A DNA stretch of 55,305 nt from Candidatus Amesbacteria bacterium GW2011_GWC1_47_15. Lineage in GTDB: Bacteria; Patescibacteriota; Microgenomatia; CAZETR01; Amesbacteraceae. The DNA is taken from positions 1-55,305 of the forward strand of contig LCNU01000003.1 in assembly GCA_001001375.1 (NCBI GenBank). The letters run 5' to 3'. The position numbers were made by a program, and so were the translations under genes. This document shows, in pieces, positions 1-8,370 of the stretch (its first letter is position 1; each line of letters opens with the position of its first letter). The notes under the pieces were generated by a model. The model was not told the origin of the DNA and ran no database searches. It saw only the letters and a list, made by a program, of their open reading frames with translations.

Positions 1-447
1 AATAAAATCACCAACGCAAATATTCCCATCTGCCATTTTTTCTGAAATCTTGCGGACGATTTTGTTTTTTAATGGAATAGGATACGTGCCTTCCCAACCG
101 TAAAAGGTCAAAAATATATTTTGACTTCTATTAATTAATTTATAAGGGATTATCCAAAAAAATACGTCATGAATATGAATTATGTCAGCCCAATTTAACA
201 ACTCCTCGTTGTTTTTAAACCACCTCCAAATTAAATATTTTTTCTTTCGCTCATTTTGGTAATCTACTGGTATCCGATAAATGGAATGGCGATGAATTTT
301 ATCGTTAGTTTTTAATTTAGTATCAAATTGTTCCGTAATAATAATAACTTGATATTTTTTATCGAAACGCTTAACTAAATTAAGAGTAAATTTTTCTACT
401 CCACCTAAATGAGGGTCGTATAGTCGGGTTAAAATTAATAATTTCAT
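1..447 (-). CDS. Glycosyltransferase family 4 (GT-B), N-terminal part. The C-terminus lies beyond the window edge.
   Basis: Not in the ORF track because it runs off the window. Hand translation of the minus strand from ATG (447-445) stays open to nt 1: MKLLILTRLYDPHLGGVEKFTLNLVKRFDKKYQVIIITEQ... The MKLLIL start and GGVE motif are typical of GT4 N-termini. Confidence 0.6.
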   Translation of the reverse strand, partial: MKLLILTRLYDPHLGGVEKFTLNLVKRFDKKYQVIIITEQFDTKLKTNDKIHRHSIYRIPVDYQNERKKKYLIWRWFKNNEELLNWADIIHIHDVFFWIIPYKLINRSQNIFLTFYGWEGTYPIPLKNKIVRKISEKMADGNICVGDFI

Positions 448-551
448 AAATTCGCTATTGACAGATAAGCAATTAATGTTTCAACATTTAATATATAAAC
501 AAGAAATACAAACTATATCTTCTTAAAGTAATTATACCTTGTATAACTTTA

Positions 552-2882
552 TTGTTTCTAAGTTCGAATTCTGTTTACTCGAGTTATTTATATTGGTCTG
601 AGACATTAAATTTTCCATACCCACTAGCAAGTCATTCAACACATACTGTAGAAAATAAGATTTTCATCGTTGGAGGGGCGGGTAACAGTGGTCAAGTATC
701 AAATGTTATTGAAGGCACTATAGATACTAACACGGGGCAAATCGTTTCTTGGAAGTTTTCCTCTAAACCTCTTCCTATAACCAATTATTGGCACGTTGGT
801 TACACCTTAAATAATAAAATACTCATTGCGGGAGGTACATATTATCCACCAGGGGTTAATTCGCGAAAAAGTGTTTATATTAATGAAATAGATAATAGTG
901 GCGATCTTACTGAATGGAAGAAACTGAATGATTTACCGATAGATGTGGAGGGAATTTCACTAGCCGGATCGGCAATGGTTGGGGATTATATATATTTTAT
1001 TGGAGGTGCAACATGGACTGGGAGTTATATCACAAAAAGAAATGAAAAAGTTCTATTTGCCAATTGGAAAAGTATTAACGATTATATTTCTTGGGATTTC
1101 ACCACTCCGTTACCCCAACCACTGGAAGGTCCAGGAGTAGTTGGTGTCAGAAATTCGATAATCGTAGTTGGGGGACAATCTCCGAATGGACCATCTAATA
1201 AGACCTATATCGGAAATGTGACTTTCGACGGAAAAATACTAGACTGGATGGAGGTAAATTCTTTACCTGCACCGATATATCGTCCAGCAATTACCTCTAT
1301 TGGCGACTATGTCTTTATTGGCGGCGGTGTTAGTAACGGTACAGAATCCAACAAAGTTTATTATGCAAAAGTAACATCAGAAAATGGGTTTGAAGGGTGG
1401 AATCAAATTTCACCTTTACCTGGCTACTATTGTTGTTCGTCTATGATTATTAGTAATAATTATATTTTTAATCTTAATGGTGTTCTTAGTGGAGGTTTTA
1501 CAAATAAGGTCTATATATCGCACTTAAAGGATTTTATTTCGACCTCACCTCCACCTTCTCCCCCGATAATACCCAATCCATTAGTTCTTATTCCAGGTAT
1601 GGGAGGGAGTTGGAATTATGAGGCGATTGTACATGGGAGAGATGAGAAAAACGATAAATGGAAAGGGATGCCGTATTATTTTAAAGAGACGTACGGTGGG
1701 CTACTGCACGCCTTGGAAGATGCAGGTTATGAAAAAGAAAAGAACCTTTATATCTATTATTATGACTGGAGAAAAAATATTACTTATAACGCCTTGGAGT
1801 TGGACTCTTTCATCAAAGATAAGGTCTTAAAAGATAAACTGGAAAATACCAAAGTGGATATGGTTGGACACAGCATGGGTGGATTGATTGCCAGGAAATA
1901 TAATCAGTATTTTAAATCAGAGAACGTAAATAAAGTTATCACTTCCGGAAGCCCACATAAAGGAACAGGGATGGTGTTTAGGCTTTGGGAAGGAGCTGAT
2001 TATTCGGATATGGAAGGACTTATGGGACCGGCGTTAAGAACATACGTTAATATCCACAATAAAAACTATAAAACTAATGTGGAGACGATACAAAAGTCCG
2101 CACCGTCTGTTCTGGATCTATTCCCAATGTGGGATTTCTTAAAAGATAGTGGGGGTAGTTTGAAAAGCGCGGAGAGTATACATTGGAAAAATGAATTTAT
2201 ACCGACCCTTGATCCCCTATATGAGTTATCAAACCCGGGAACAACCACAATTTTCGGTACCGGACATGACACAATCAAGTACATAAAGATCGAAGACAGG
2301 AATGACAAAGACGAAACTTTCGGGAAATGGATCGACGGAAAGCCGGTTTCCCAAGAATATGAAATCGGAGACGGAGCAATATTGGCCGCAAGCGCCCGGA
2401 TTCCCGAGATAAATTTTGTTGAGGAACTAAACTCCAATCACGGAGAATTGATGACAAAAGCGACCGCTCAATACAATCTTCTCAAGTCCTTGGGTATCGA
2501 CTCCAGTAAAATTAAGGTGTATCCCAACAATAATTTTCCGGGTTTTGGAAAAGTTATCGTATTGACCGTAGCTTCTCCAGTGGAATTCTCGCTTGAGGAT
2601 CCGGTAGGGGAAATCTATGAACCAGATGACGGATTTTTGATGCTTCGGAAACCCGGCTCGGGCAACTACAAGGTGCACTTGGAAGGGGTAGAGAGTGGTG
2701 ATTTTACAATTTATTTCGGAAGAATAAACGATGGTGATGAAGCTTGGGAAGAAGTTTCGGGGCATATTTTTGAAGACGGTATAGCAACTTATGAATTTGA
2801 TGTTGATTTTGATTCTCCTAATCTGGGTGCTGACCCATTAAAAAACGCCATTGAACGACTAGAGGATCTTTTACAAGGTTAA
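552..2882 (+). CDS. Kelch-type six-blade beta-propeller fused by a Pro-rich linker to an LCAT/PGAP1-like alpha/beta-hydrolase (lipase/acyltransferase) and a C-terminal beta-sandwich
   Basis: 776-aa ORF with a TTG start. Six repeats of the hydrophobic-GG type are present (IFIVGGAGNSG, ILIAGGTYYPPG, IYFIGGATWTG, IIVVGGQSPNG, VFIGGGVSNG, IFNLNGVLSGG). The linker is STSPPPSPPIIPNP. It is followed by LVLIPGMGGSW and the nucleophile elbow VGHSMGG. No signal peptide is visible. Confidence 0.7.
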   Translation: MFLSSNSVYSSYLYWSETLNFPYPLASHSTHTVENKIFIVGGAGNSGQVSNVIEGTIDTNTGQIVSWKFSSKPLPITNYWHVGYTLNNKILIAGGTYYPPGVNSRKSVYINEIDNSGDLTEWKKLNDLPIDVEGISLAGSAMVGDYIYFIGGATWTGSYITKRNEKVLFANWKSINDYISWDFTTPLPQPLEGPGVVGVRNSIIVVGGQSPNGPSNKTYIGNVTFDGKILDWMEVNSLPAPIYRPAITSIGDYVFIGGGVSNGTESNKVYYAKVTSENGFEGWNQISPLPGYYCCSSMIISNNYIFNLNGVLSGGFTNKVYISHLKDFISTSPPPSPPIIPNPLVLIPGMGGSWNYEAIVHGRDEKNDKWKGMPYYFKETYGGLLHALEDAGYEKEKNLYIYYYDWRKNITYNALELDSFIKDKVLKDKLENTKVDMVGHSMGGLIARKYNQYFKSENVNKVITSGSPHKGTGMVFRLWEGADYSDMEGLMGPALRTYVNIHNKNYKTNVETIQKSAPSVLDLFPMWDFLKDSGGSLKSAESIHWKNEFIPTLDPLYELSNPGTTTIFGTGHDTIKYIKIEDRNDKDETFGKWIDGKPVSQEYEIGDGAILAASARIPEINFVEELNSNHGELMTKATAQYNLLKSLGIDSSKIKVYPNNNFPGFGKVIVLTVASPVEFSLEDPVGEIYEPDDGFLMLRKPGSGNYKVHLEGVESGDFTIYFGRINDGDEAWEEVSGHIFEDGIATYEFDVDFDSPNLGADPLKNAIERLEDLLQG

Positions 2883-3045
2883 AAAGATCGACCAGCTTCT
2901 ACAAGAGATCCAAACAGGGAAATATAAGAAATCATTTAACAAAGATGTGGAAGAGCGAATCACGCAAGACCTGAATACCGTCAGGCAGGATATGGAACAG
3001 GACATGGAGGACAGGTAAAAATTTTTCGTGGTATTCTGAAACAGC

Positions 3046-4314
3046 ATGAGGTTGTTTGCCGGACTGTTTATTCTCGCTTCTTCGATATTTTTGATTCATT
3101 ATTTCTTTTCCGGAGAAGCGGTTTACGGAGACGGGATAGATTACTGGGTACACTTAAGAAGTATTTATTTTGACCATGACTTGGATTTTACCAATGAATA
3201 TAAACACATATTCAGTCCCGAAAATAACAATTCGAATAATGAAATTGTCTCACCATTTGTTCTGAAAACGTCCTTAACAAGCACGGGTAAAGCAGATAAC
3301 CCTCACACTGGGGGGACAGCTTCACTGCTTTGGCCGTTTTTTGGAGCTGCAGACGTTGCAATACTGGCGGGCCTGAACGGGATCAGAAACGGATATTCGG
3401 ATATTTATCAAATATCGGTAGGATTGGGTTCGGTCATACTGGGAATCGCAGGAGTTTTTGTAGGTTCCCTTTTGGCCATAAAAACCGGAGTTAAAAGAAG
3501 TTGGGCCAGGTGGGGCGCGGCCGGAATATTTTTGGGCAGTCCCCTACTCTACTACGGCAGCTATGACGTAATCAACTCCCACACGGCAATATTTCTTGCA
3601 GTCAGTTTATTTTGGTATATACTTTTTTTTAGCAAAAATAAAGCAAACAAAAGATTGGTGTTTTTGGGAGCATTGGCAGGATTGGCTGCTTCAATTCGGA
3701 TGCAGGAAGGTCTGCTACTGATCTTCGGGATATTTTGGTTGATAGGAAACAAGACTGAAAGAAGAGCGGATATATCGTTTTTGATGTCGGGATTTCTTAT
3801 TGTTTTCTGGCCAGTGTTGTACCAATGGAAATATTTATACGGCGTATGGTGGCCTCAGACTTATCTGGCATCCGGACACATATTCCGAGGATGGACAGGA
3901 AGCCTGCTGCACGGCACTAACGGTCTCTTTTCCAGAACACCGGCCTTATTTTTAATCCTGATCAAGCTTCCGCAACTGATAGTCAAAAAGCGTGAAGTGA
4001 GATATTTAACCCTATATTTTCTGGCACAGATGCTGGTAATCACCTGGCAGGGGGGATGGAGAGATGCAGCGTATGGAGCGAGGATGTATATTTCTTCTTT
4101 ACCCCTGTTTACTATTTTACTGGCAGCATTTCTTCAAATACTTACAAAATACATGGGTGGAAAAACAGCGATACTTGTAGTCTTGGTTTTTGCCTTAACA
4201 AATTTATTAAGTATCGGAAGCTTTATATTTAAGGAAAAAGAGGTTAATTCCGGAAACAAACGAGGACTGGAAGAGCATGCTCTGGACAGGCTGGAAAAAT
4301 TACTAGGAAGATAG
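3046..4314 (+). CDS. Polytopic membrane protein, GT-C-fold glycosyltransferase-like
   Basis: 422-aa ORF with about 10 hydrophobic helices. The first loop is acidic (GDGIDYWVHLRSIYFDHDLDFTNEY), as in the loop-1 Asp motif of PMT/ArnT-type enzymes. Family assignment is tentative. Confidence 0.45.
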   Translation: MRLFAGLFILASSIFLIHYFFSGEAVYGDGIDYWVHLRSIYFDHDLDFTNEYKHIFSPENNNSNNEIVSPFVLKTSLTSTGKADNPHTGGTASLLWPFFGAADVAILAGLNGIRNGYSDIYQISVGLGSVILGIAGVFVGSLLAIKTGVKRSWARWGAAGIFLGSPLLYYGSYDVINSHTAIFLAVSLFWYILFFSKNKANKRLVFLGALAGLAASIRMQEGLLLIFGIFWLIGNKTERRADISFLMSGFLIVFWPVLYQWKYLYGVWWPQTYLASGHIFRGWTGSLLHGTNGLFSRTPALFLILIKLPQLIVKKREVRYLTLYFLAQMLVITWQGGWRDAAYGARMYISSLPLFTILLAAFLQILTKYMGGKTAILVVLVFALTNLLSIGSFIFKEKEVNSGNKRGLEEHALDRLEKLLGR

Positions 4315-5070
4315 ACGGGACACAACGATAATATTCTTTTTGATCCCGTTTATTGGTATATGATAGCCGGTGGAATAGTCCCTGATGGCATTATATAAAA
4401 TGTCCTGAGGATAGACGTAGGCTTTTCCCTGGCGGGTACCGGGATCATTAGTAATAAATTCCTTTTTTACCGGATCGTAACCCTTGACCACGAGCATGTG
4501 CCGTTCAGGACCAGGAGCAGTAAAATTCGGATTGTTAAGCAGCCGGCCATTCATTGGGGCTATAATCACTGATCCCGAATAAAGAATATCGATTATCTGA
4601 TCCAAAGATACATCCTCCAAATATTCCACGGATGGGTAGGAGAAATAACCTTTAATTATCCTGTCTACGGTATCCCGGGCTGAAGTGTCGCGGCTTTCGC
4701 CGTATTTTTCCTGCAAATAAGAAGATATGTCCAGTACTTTTTCCAACATCGTTTCCCCAGTCAACCCGAGGCCCTTACCCCATTGGACGGCGATGTAAGA
4801 AGACGCTTCTTCGCAGCCGTCCTGTTGGCGGGAATCTTTCCAGTCGCCGAACGGAGCCTGAGCAGCAAAATCCATTTTGTTGTCCACTTTATTTCTGACT
4901 CCTGTAGGAGTAGGAAGAGGCGTCAGAGACGGGGAAAAACCAATAGTGGGTTCAGGCTCGACAGTCGGGGACGGCAGAAGCAGGCGTGAGACCGGAGTAG
5001 AAAATGAACGGGTAAATCCATAAACGACCAGGAACCCGATAACGAAGGTGATGGAGATTATTTTTAATAT
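4303..5070 (-). CDS. Membrane-anchored peptidase C39-like (C39_2/YvpB-like) cysteine peptidase; start codon unresolved
   Basis: The open frame contains a TM helix (ILKIISITFVIGFLVVYGF), a Pro/Thr linker and a QAPFGDW...DGCEEASSY cysteine-peptidase-like core. The first canonical starts are GTG 4887 and ATG 4875, both downstream of the TM helix. The frame runs into tRNA-Val at 5073. Confidence 0.5.
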   Translation of the reverse strand: MLKIISITFVIGFLVVYGFTRSFSTPVSRLLLPSPTVEPEPTIGFSPSLTPLPTPTGVRNKVDNKMDFAAQAPFGDWKDSRQQDGCEEASSYIAVQWGKGLGLTGETMLEKVLDISSYLQEKYGESRDTSARDTVDRIIKGYFSYPSVEYLEDVSLDQIIDILYSGSVIIAPMNGRLLNNPNFTAPGPERHMLVVKGYDPVKKEFITNDPGTRQGKAYVYPQDILYNAIRDYSTGYHIPINGIKKNIIVVSRLSS

Positions 5071-5072
5071 AG

Positions 5073-5146
<74 letters not shown>

Positions 5147-5157
5147 AAACGGACAGG

Positions 5158-5186
5158 TGGACAAATTTTACCACAGCAATTATCAT
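5158..5186 (+). promoter_or_regulatory. Sigma70-like promoter for lepB (TGGACA-17 nt-TATCAT), 8 nt upstream of the ATG
   Basis: TGGACA at 5158-5163, a 17-nt spacer, and TATCAT at 5181-5186. ATG 5195 follows after 8 nt, and there is no Shine-Dalgarno sequence. Confidence 0.4.
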
Positions 5187-5194
5187 TGGTTGGT

Positions 5195-5764
5195 ATGTTT
5201 AGGCAAAAAATGAGGCGGGGATCTATCGCAATTTTGGACGCTCTGGAGCCGGTAATACTTGCTTTTGCCATTTTTATGATGGTTTATTTATTTCTGTTTC
5301 AACCTCACAAGGTGGATGGCAGGTCAATGTACCCTAATTTTGAAGACAGAGAATACATTCTGACAGATAAAGTGACTTACAGAAGAATCGATCCGCAAAG
5401 GGGGGATGTAATTGTATTCCACGCTCCACCTCCTTATGACAGTGACTTTATAAAAAGAATAATCGGTATGCCGGGTGAGGTAGTCATGATTAAGGCCGGC
5501 GCCGTGCACATAAATGGAGTGGAATTGGAAGAAGAATATTTACCTGTCAATTTCGTCACTAATGAAAAAACTTTTTTAAGGGATAGTGTCCCTTACAGGA
5601 TACCGGAGGGATATTATATTGTACTGGGGGATAACAGAAATTACAGTTCAGACTCAAGAGAATGGGGGCCGATATCGAAAAAGGCAATTGTAGGGAAAGC
5701 CTGGATCAGGTATTGGCCAGCAGACAGAATCGGCATGGTCCCACACCAAAAATACGGTTTCTGA
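5195..5764 (+). CDS. lepB: Signal peptidase I
   Basis: Catalytic Ser box DGRSMYPNF, Lys box FIKRIIGMPGE, and GDNRNYSSDSREWGP. The track ORF starts at 5117 but overlaps the tRNA, so ATG 5195 (MFRQKMRRG + TM helix) was chosen. Confidence 0.85.
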   Translation: MFRQKMRRGSIAILDALEPVILAFAIFMMVYLFLFQPHKVDGRSMYPNFEDREYILTDKVTYRRIDPQRGDVIVFHAPPPYDSDFIKRIIGMPGEVVMIKAGAVHINGVELEEEYLPVNFVTNEKTFLRDSVPYRIPEGYYIVLGDNRNYSSDSREWGPISKKAIVGKAWIRYWPADRIGMVPHQKYGF

Positions 5765-5776
5765 TTTGATAATTAT

Positions 5777-6601
5777 TTATGAAGTTACTGACCGGATTAC
5801 TTTATTCAGACGTTCGTCGGTCTCTTCCAGATTACCCTTAAAAATGGTGGTCAATCGAGTTTCCGCACGGGATCGCGATAATCTGACAATAGTTCCCGGT
5901 TTGCCGCCCAGAGAGTCTTCCAATTGGAGACGCAAGGCTTCGATTTCATCGCTTACTTCATGAGCCGGACGGAAGCCTACAGTTTTGGGTTTTTGACCGG
6001 CTATAACCCGCATTTTCCTGGCAAGTTCTTCCGCACGACGTACAGATCCTGATTCTTTCAGGATTATTTTATACGCCTCGACAATCATTCGGGGCTCATC
6101 AATTGCCGCGAGAGCCCGAGCATGACCTTCCGTAATCAGACCTGTCAACAAACCATCTTTCAATGCGTCCGGTAAAGTTAGTAATCGTAAAGAGTTGCTG
6201 ATATAGGCGGGGCTCTTGCCGATCCTCTGGCATATTTCGCTGTTGGTTAGACCAAATTCGGTGATTAATCTTTCAAAGGCTTTTGCTCTGTCTATTGCAT
6301 TAAGATCGGTCCGCTGGACATTTTCCACAATCGCCATTTCCAGCATTCCCTGGGGAGTAGTCTCTTTTATCAAAACAGGGACGGTTTTTAAACCTGCCAG
6401 TTTGGATGCTCGCCAGCGACGTTCTCCGGCAATAATCTGGTATCCTGCCGGAGTCTTTGCTACCACCAGAGGCTCCAAAATCCCGTGTTCTCTAATGGAA
6501 TCTACCAAATCTACCAATGACTCAGGAGTAATGATACCGCGCGGCTGAAGAGGATTGGCTTGTAAAGAATCAATATCGAGATCGACTATTTGTTGGTTCA
6601 T
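5777..6601 (-). CDS. parB: ParB/Spo0J chromosome-partitioning protein
   Basis: LQPRG and GERRWRA ParB-box motifs plus an HTH (SNSEICQRIGKSPAYISNSLRLL). The start overlaps the rpmA stop (ATGA). Confidence 0.85.
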   Translation of the reverse strand: MNQQIVDLDIDSLQANPLQPRGIITPESLVDLVDSIREHGILEPLVVAKTPAGYQIIAGERRWRASKLAGLKTVPVLIKETTPQGMLEMAIVENVQRTDLNAIDRAKAFERLITEFGLTNSEICQRIGKSPAYISNSLRLLTLPDALKDGLLTGLITEGHARALAAIDEPRMIVEAYKIILKESGSVRRAEELARKMRVIAGQKPKTVGFRPAHEVSDEIEALRLQLEDSLGGKPGTIVRLSRSRAETRLTTIFKGNLEETDERLNKVIRSVTS

Positions 6602-6843
6602 TGAACAGTAACGATCTGACGCCCCTGGCGACGAATGAATTTAAGCACTCCATCTTTTATGGAATAAAGCGTGTAGTCACGACCCATTTTTACTCCGACA
6701 CCCGGCCTGACTTTACTGCCCTTTTGGCGAACGATGATATGACCGGATTTCACTGTTTCCCCGCCAAAAACTTTCACCCCAAGACGTTTCCCCCTACGGT
6801 TTCCTTTTTGTCTGGTCGACCCACCCGCTTTTGTGTGCGCCAT
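6598..6843 (-). CDS. rpmA: 50S ribosomal protein L27
   Basis: MAHTKAGGSTRQKGNRRGKRLGVKVFGGE...IIVRQKGSK is the canonical L27 sequence. There is no N-terminal pro-peptide. Confidence 0.95.
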   Translation of the reverse strand: MAHTKAGGSTRQKGNRRGKRLGVKVFGGETVKSGHIIVRQKGSKVRPGVGVKMGRDYTLYSIKDGVLKFIRRQGRQIVTVQ

Positions 6844-6909
6844 TTCTTATATAAATTAAATAACTTTAGACAATATATATATAATTTTCACGAATGTCAA
6901 GAGAGGTTT

Positions 6910-7251
6910 TTACACAACCTTGCGGGAACGTTTGGCAGGCGTACCATCAATGCTTTCGATCTTAATACGGCTTAATTTTGAACGGAAACCAATAGTTCTC
7001 CTATGCCGGCTTTTGGCTTTATAAGTCGAGACCCTAATCTTTTCACCAGCCGCCTGGGAAAGGTGAACGGCACTGACTATAATTCCGTCTATATAAGGCT
7101 TTCCGATAGTTACATTATCCCCGTCGGAGACCATAAGAACCTGATTCAGTTCGATTTTTGAATCTATGGGTGACTCCAGCTTATCAACAATGAGCTCCTG
7201 ACCCGGAGTTACCAGATATTGGGATGCGCCGATTTTGACTACAGCCTGCAT
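6910..7251 (-). CDS. rplU: 50S ribosomal protein L21
   Basis: MQAVVKIGASQYLVTPGQELIVDKL is an L21-type N-terminus. The gene lies immediately upstream of rpmA, as in most bacteria. Confidence 0.9.
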   Translation of the reverse strand: MQAVVKIGASQYLVTPGQELIVDKLESPIDSKIELNQVLMVSDGDNVTIGKPYIDGIIVSAVHLSQAAGEKIRVSTYKAKSRHRRTIGFRSKLSRIKIESIDGTPAKRSRKVV

Positions 7252-7258
7252 GGGAAGT

Positions 7259-7267
7259 ATTTTAACA
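7259..7267 (-). promoter_or_regulatory. Extended -10 element TGTTAAAAT, 7 nt upstream of the rplU ATG (leaderless-type promoter)
   Basis: The minus strand reads TAGCCA-17 nt-TAAAAT, with TGT directly 5' of the hexamer, then ACTTCCC and ATG (7251). The same 9-mer occurs upstream of ileS. Confidence 0.45.
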
Positions 7268-7299
7268 AATAAACGGGAATTTGGCTATGAAACTATTTA

Positions 7300-8364
7300 T
7301 TAATGAATTTGTATAGAAAGCGGCTGGTGCTGACGGGTGGAAATAGAATTAATTATACCCAAAGTGAAGGCCATGGATACAAGGGAGGAGCCACCGTAGG
7401 AAATAAAAGGGAGAGTAATACCTGTAATCGGAGCAATTCCAAGATTCATACCGATATTTACAAATATCTGAAAAGTCAGCAATGCCATTATTCCCAGACA
7501 GAAGGCAGACGCAGCAGGATCTGAAACGGATTGTGAAATTTCATATATCCGCCTAAGCAATAAAAGGAATAATAATACGACAACCATACTTCCGACAAAA
7601 CCCAACTCTTCACTCAGAGAAGCAAAAATAAAGTCAGTATGATGCTCAGGCAGAAACCTGAGTTGGGATTGAGTTCCCTGCCCCAAACCCCTGCCTGAAA
7701 GTTGACCTGAACCGACGGCAATTGTTGATTGAATAACATGGTATCCTTGCCCCAAGGGATCAGCATTCGGATTGATAAAGCTAGTAATTCTTTGCCGCTG
7801 GTAATCTCTGAGAGCAAAATGATATATAGGAAGTGCCATTATTATCATTACTCCGTAAACAGATACCAGTTTCTTAAAACTTACCTGCGAAGAAAATATT
7901 GTCAGCCACCCTACCCCGACGATTAAAGTCGTACCCAAGTCAGGCTGAATAAATATCGCGATGAGTGGAATTATACCGAGAAGCAACAGCCAGCGAAGCT
8001 TATTGTCCCATTCAGATGCGGCAACGACCGCAAAAAAAAGCATTAATACCGGTTTGACCAGTTCCGATGGCTGAAGTGAAAAAGGACCTAAAAATAACCA
8101 ACGCTGGGATCCTCTGCTGTAAAGACCAAAAAATAATGGACTGATCAAAAAGAGCATAGAGAGAATAAATAAGGGAAAGTATAGGGAAAACAAAATACGA
8201 TAATCGATTTGCGAAAAAAGAATAAAAATAAATACGGCAACAATAGAAAATATTACCTGATCCGACCAAAGCTGGGGTGAAATGCTTTTGAGCAGCAATA
8301 ATCCCAACACCAATAAAAACCCAACAGGCAATACTACTTTGAAATCTAAACTGAATCTGGGCAT
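7300..8364 (-). CDS. SEDS-family peptidoglycan glycosyltransferase (RodA/FtsW paralog)
   Basis: 354-aa polytopic protein with SEDS signatures (QPSELVKP, EHHTDFIFA, GIAPITGITLPFISYGGSS). It is a second copy in addition to the dcw-cluster ftsW. Confidence 0.85.
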   Translation of the reverse strand: MPRFSLDFKVVLPVGFLLVLGLLLLKSISPQLWSDQVIFSIVAVFIFILFSQIDYRILFSLYFPLFILSMLFLISPLFFGLYSRGSQRWLFLGPFSLQPSELVKPVLMLFFAVVAASEWDNKLRWLLLLGIIPLIAIFIQPDLGTTLIVGVGWLTIFSSQVSFKKLVSVYGVMIIMALPIYHFALRDYQRQRITSFINPNADPLGQGYHVIQSTIAVGSGQLSGRGLGQGTQSQLRFLPEHHTDFIFASLSEELGFVGSMVVVLLFLLLLRRIYEISQSVSDPAASAFCLGIMALLTFQIFVNIGMNLGIAPITGITLPFISYGGSSLVSMAFTLGIINSISTRQHQPLSIQIH

Positions 8365-8370
8365 GGAAAT

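Noticed and set aside
2863-3018. 51-codon open frame (+1 relative to the Kelch-lipase ORF) starting just before its stop. It encodes a charged helical peptide (KKIDQLLQEIQTGKYKKSFNKDVEERITQDLNTVRQDMEQDMEDR) that resembles a continuation of the C-terminal LKNAIERLEDLLQG.
   Set aside because: There is no ATG/GTG/TTG start before codon 29. No recognisable slippery site is present for a +1 shift at GGT-TAA-A. It is too short to judge coding potential. It may be a remnant, or a sequencing indel in the A5 run at 2881-2885, which is worth checking only if reads are available.
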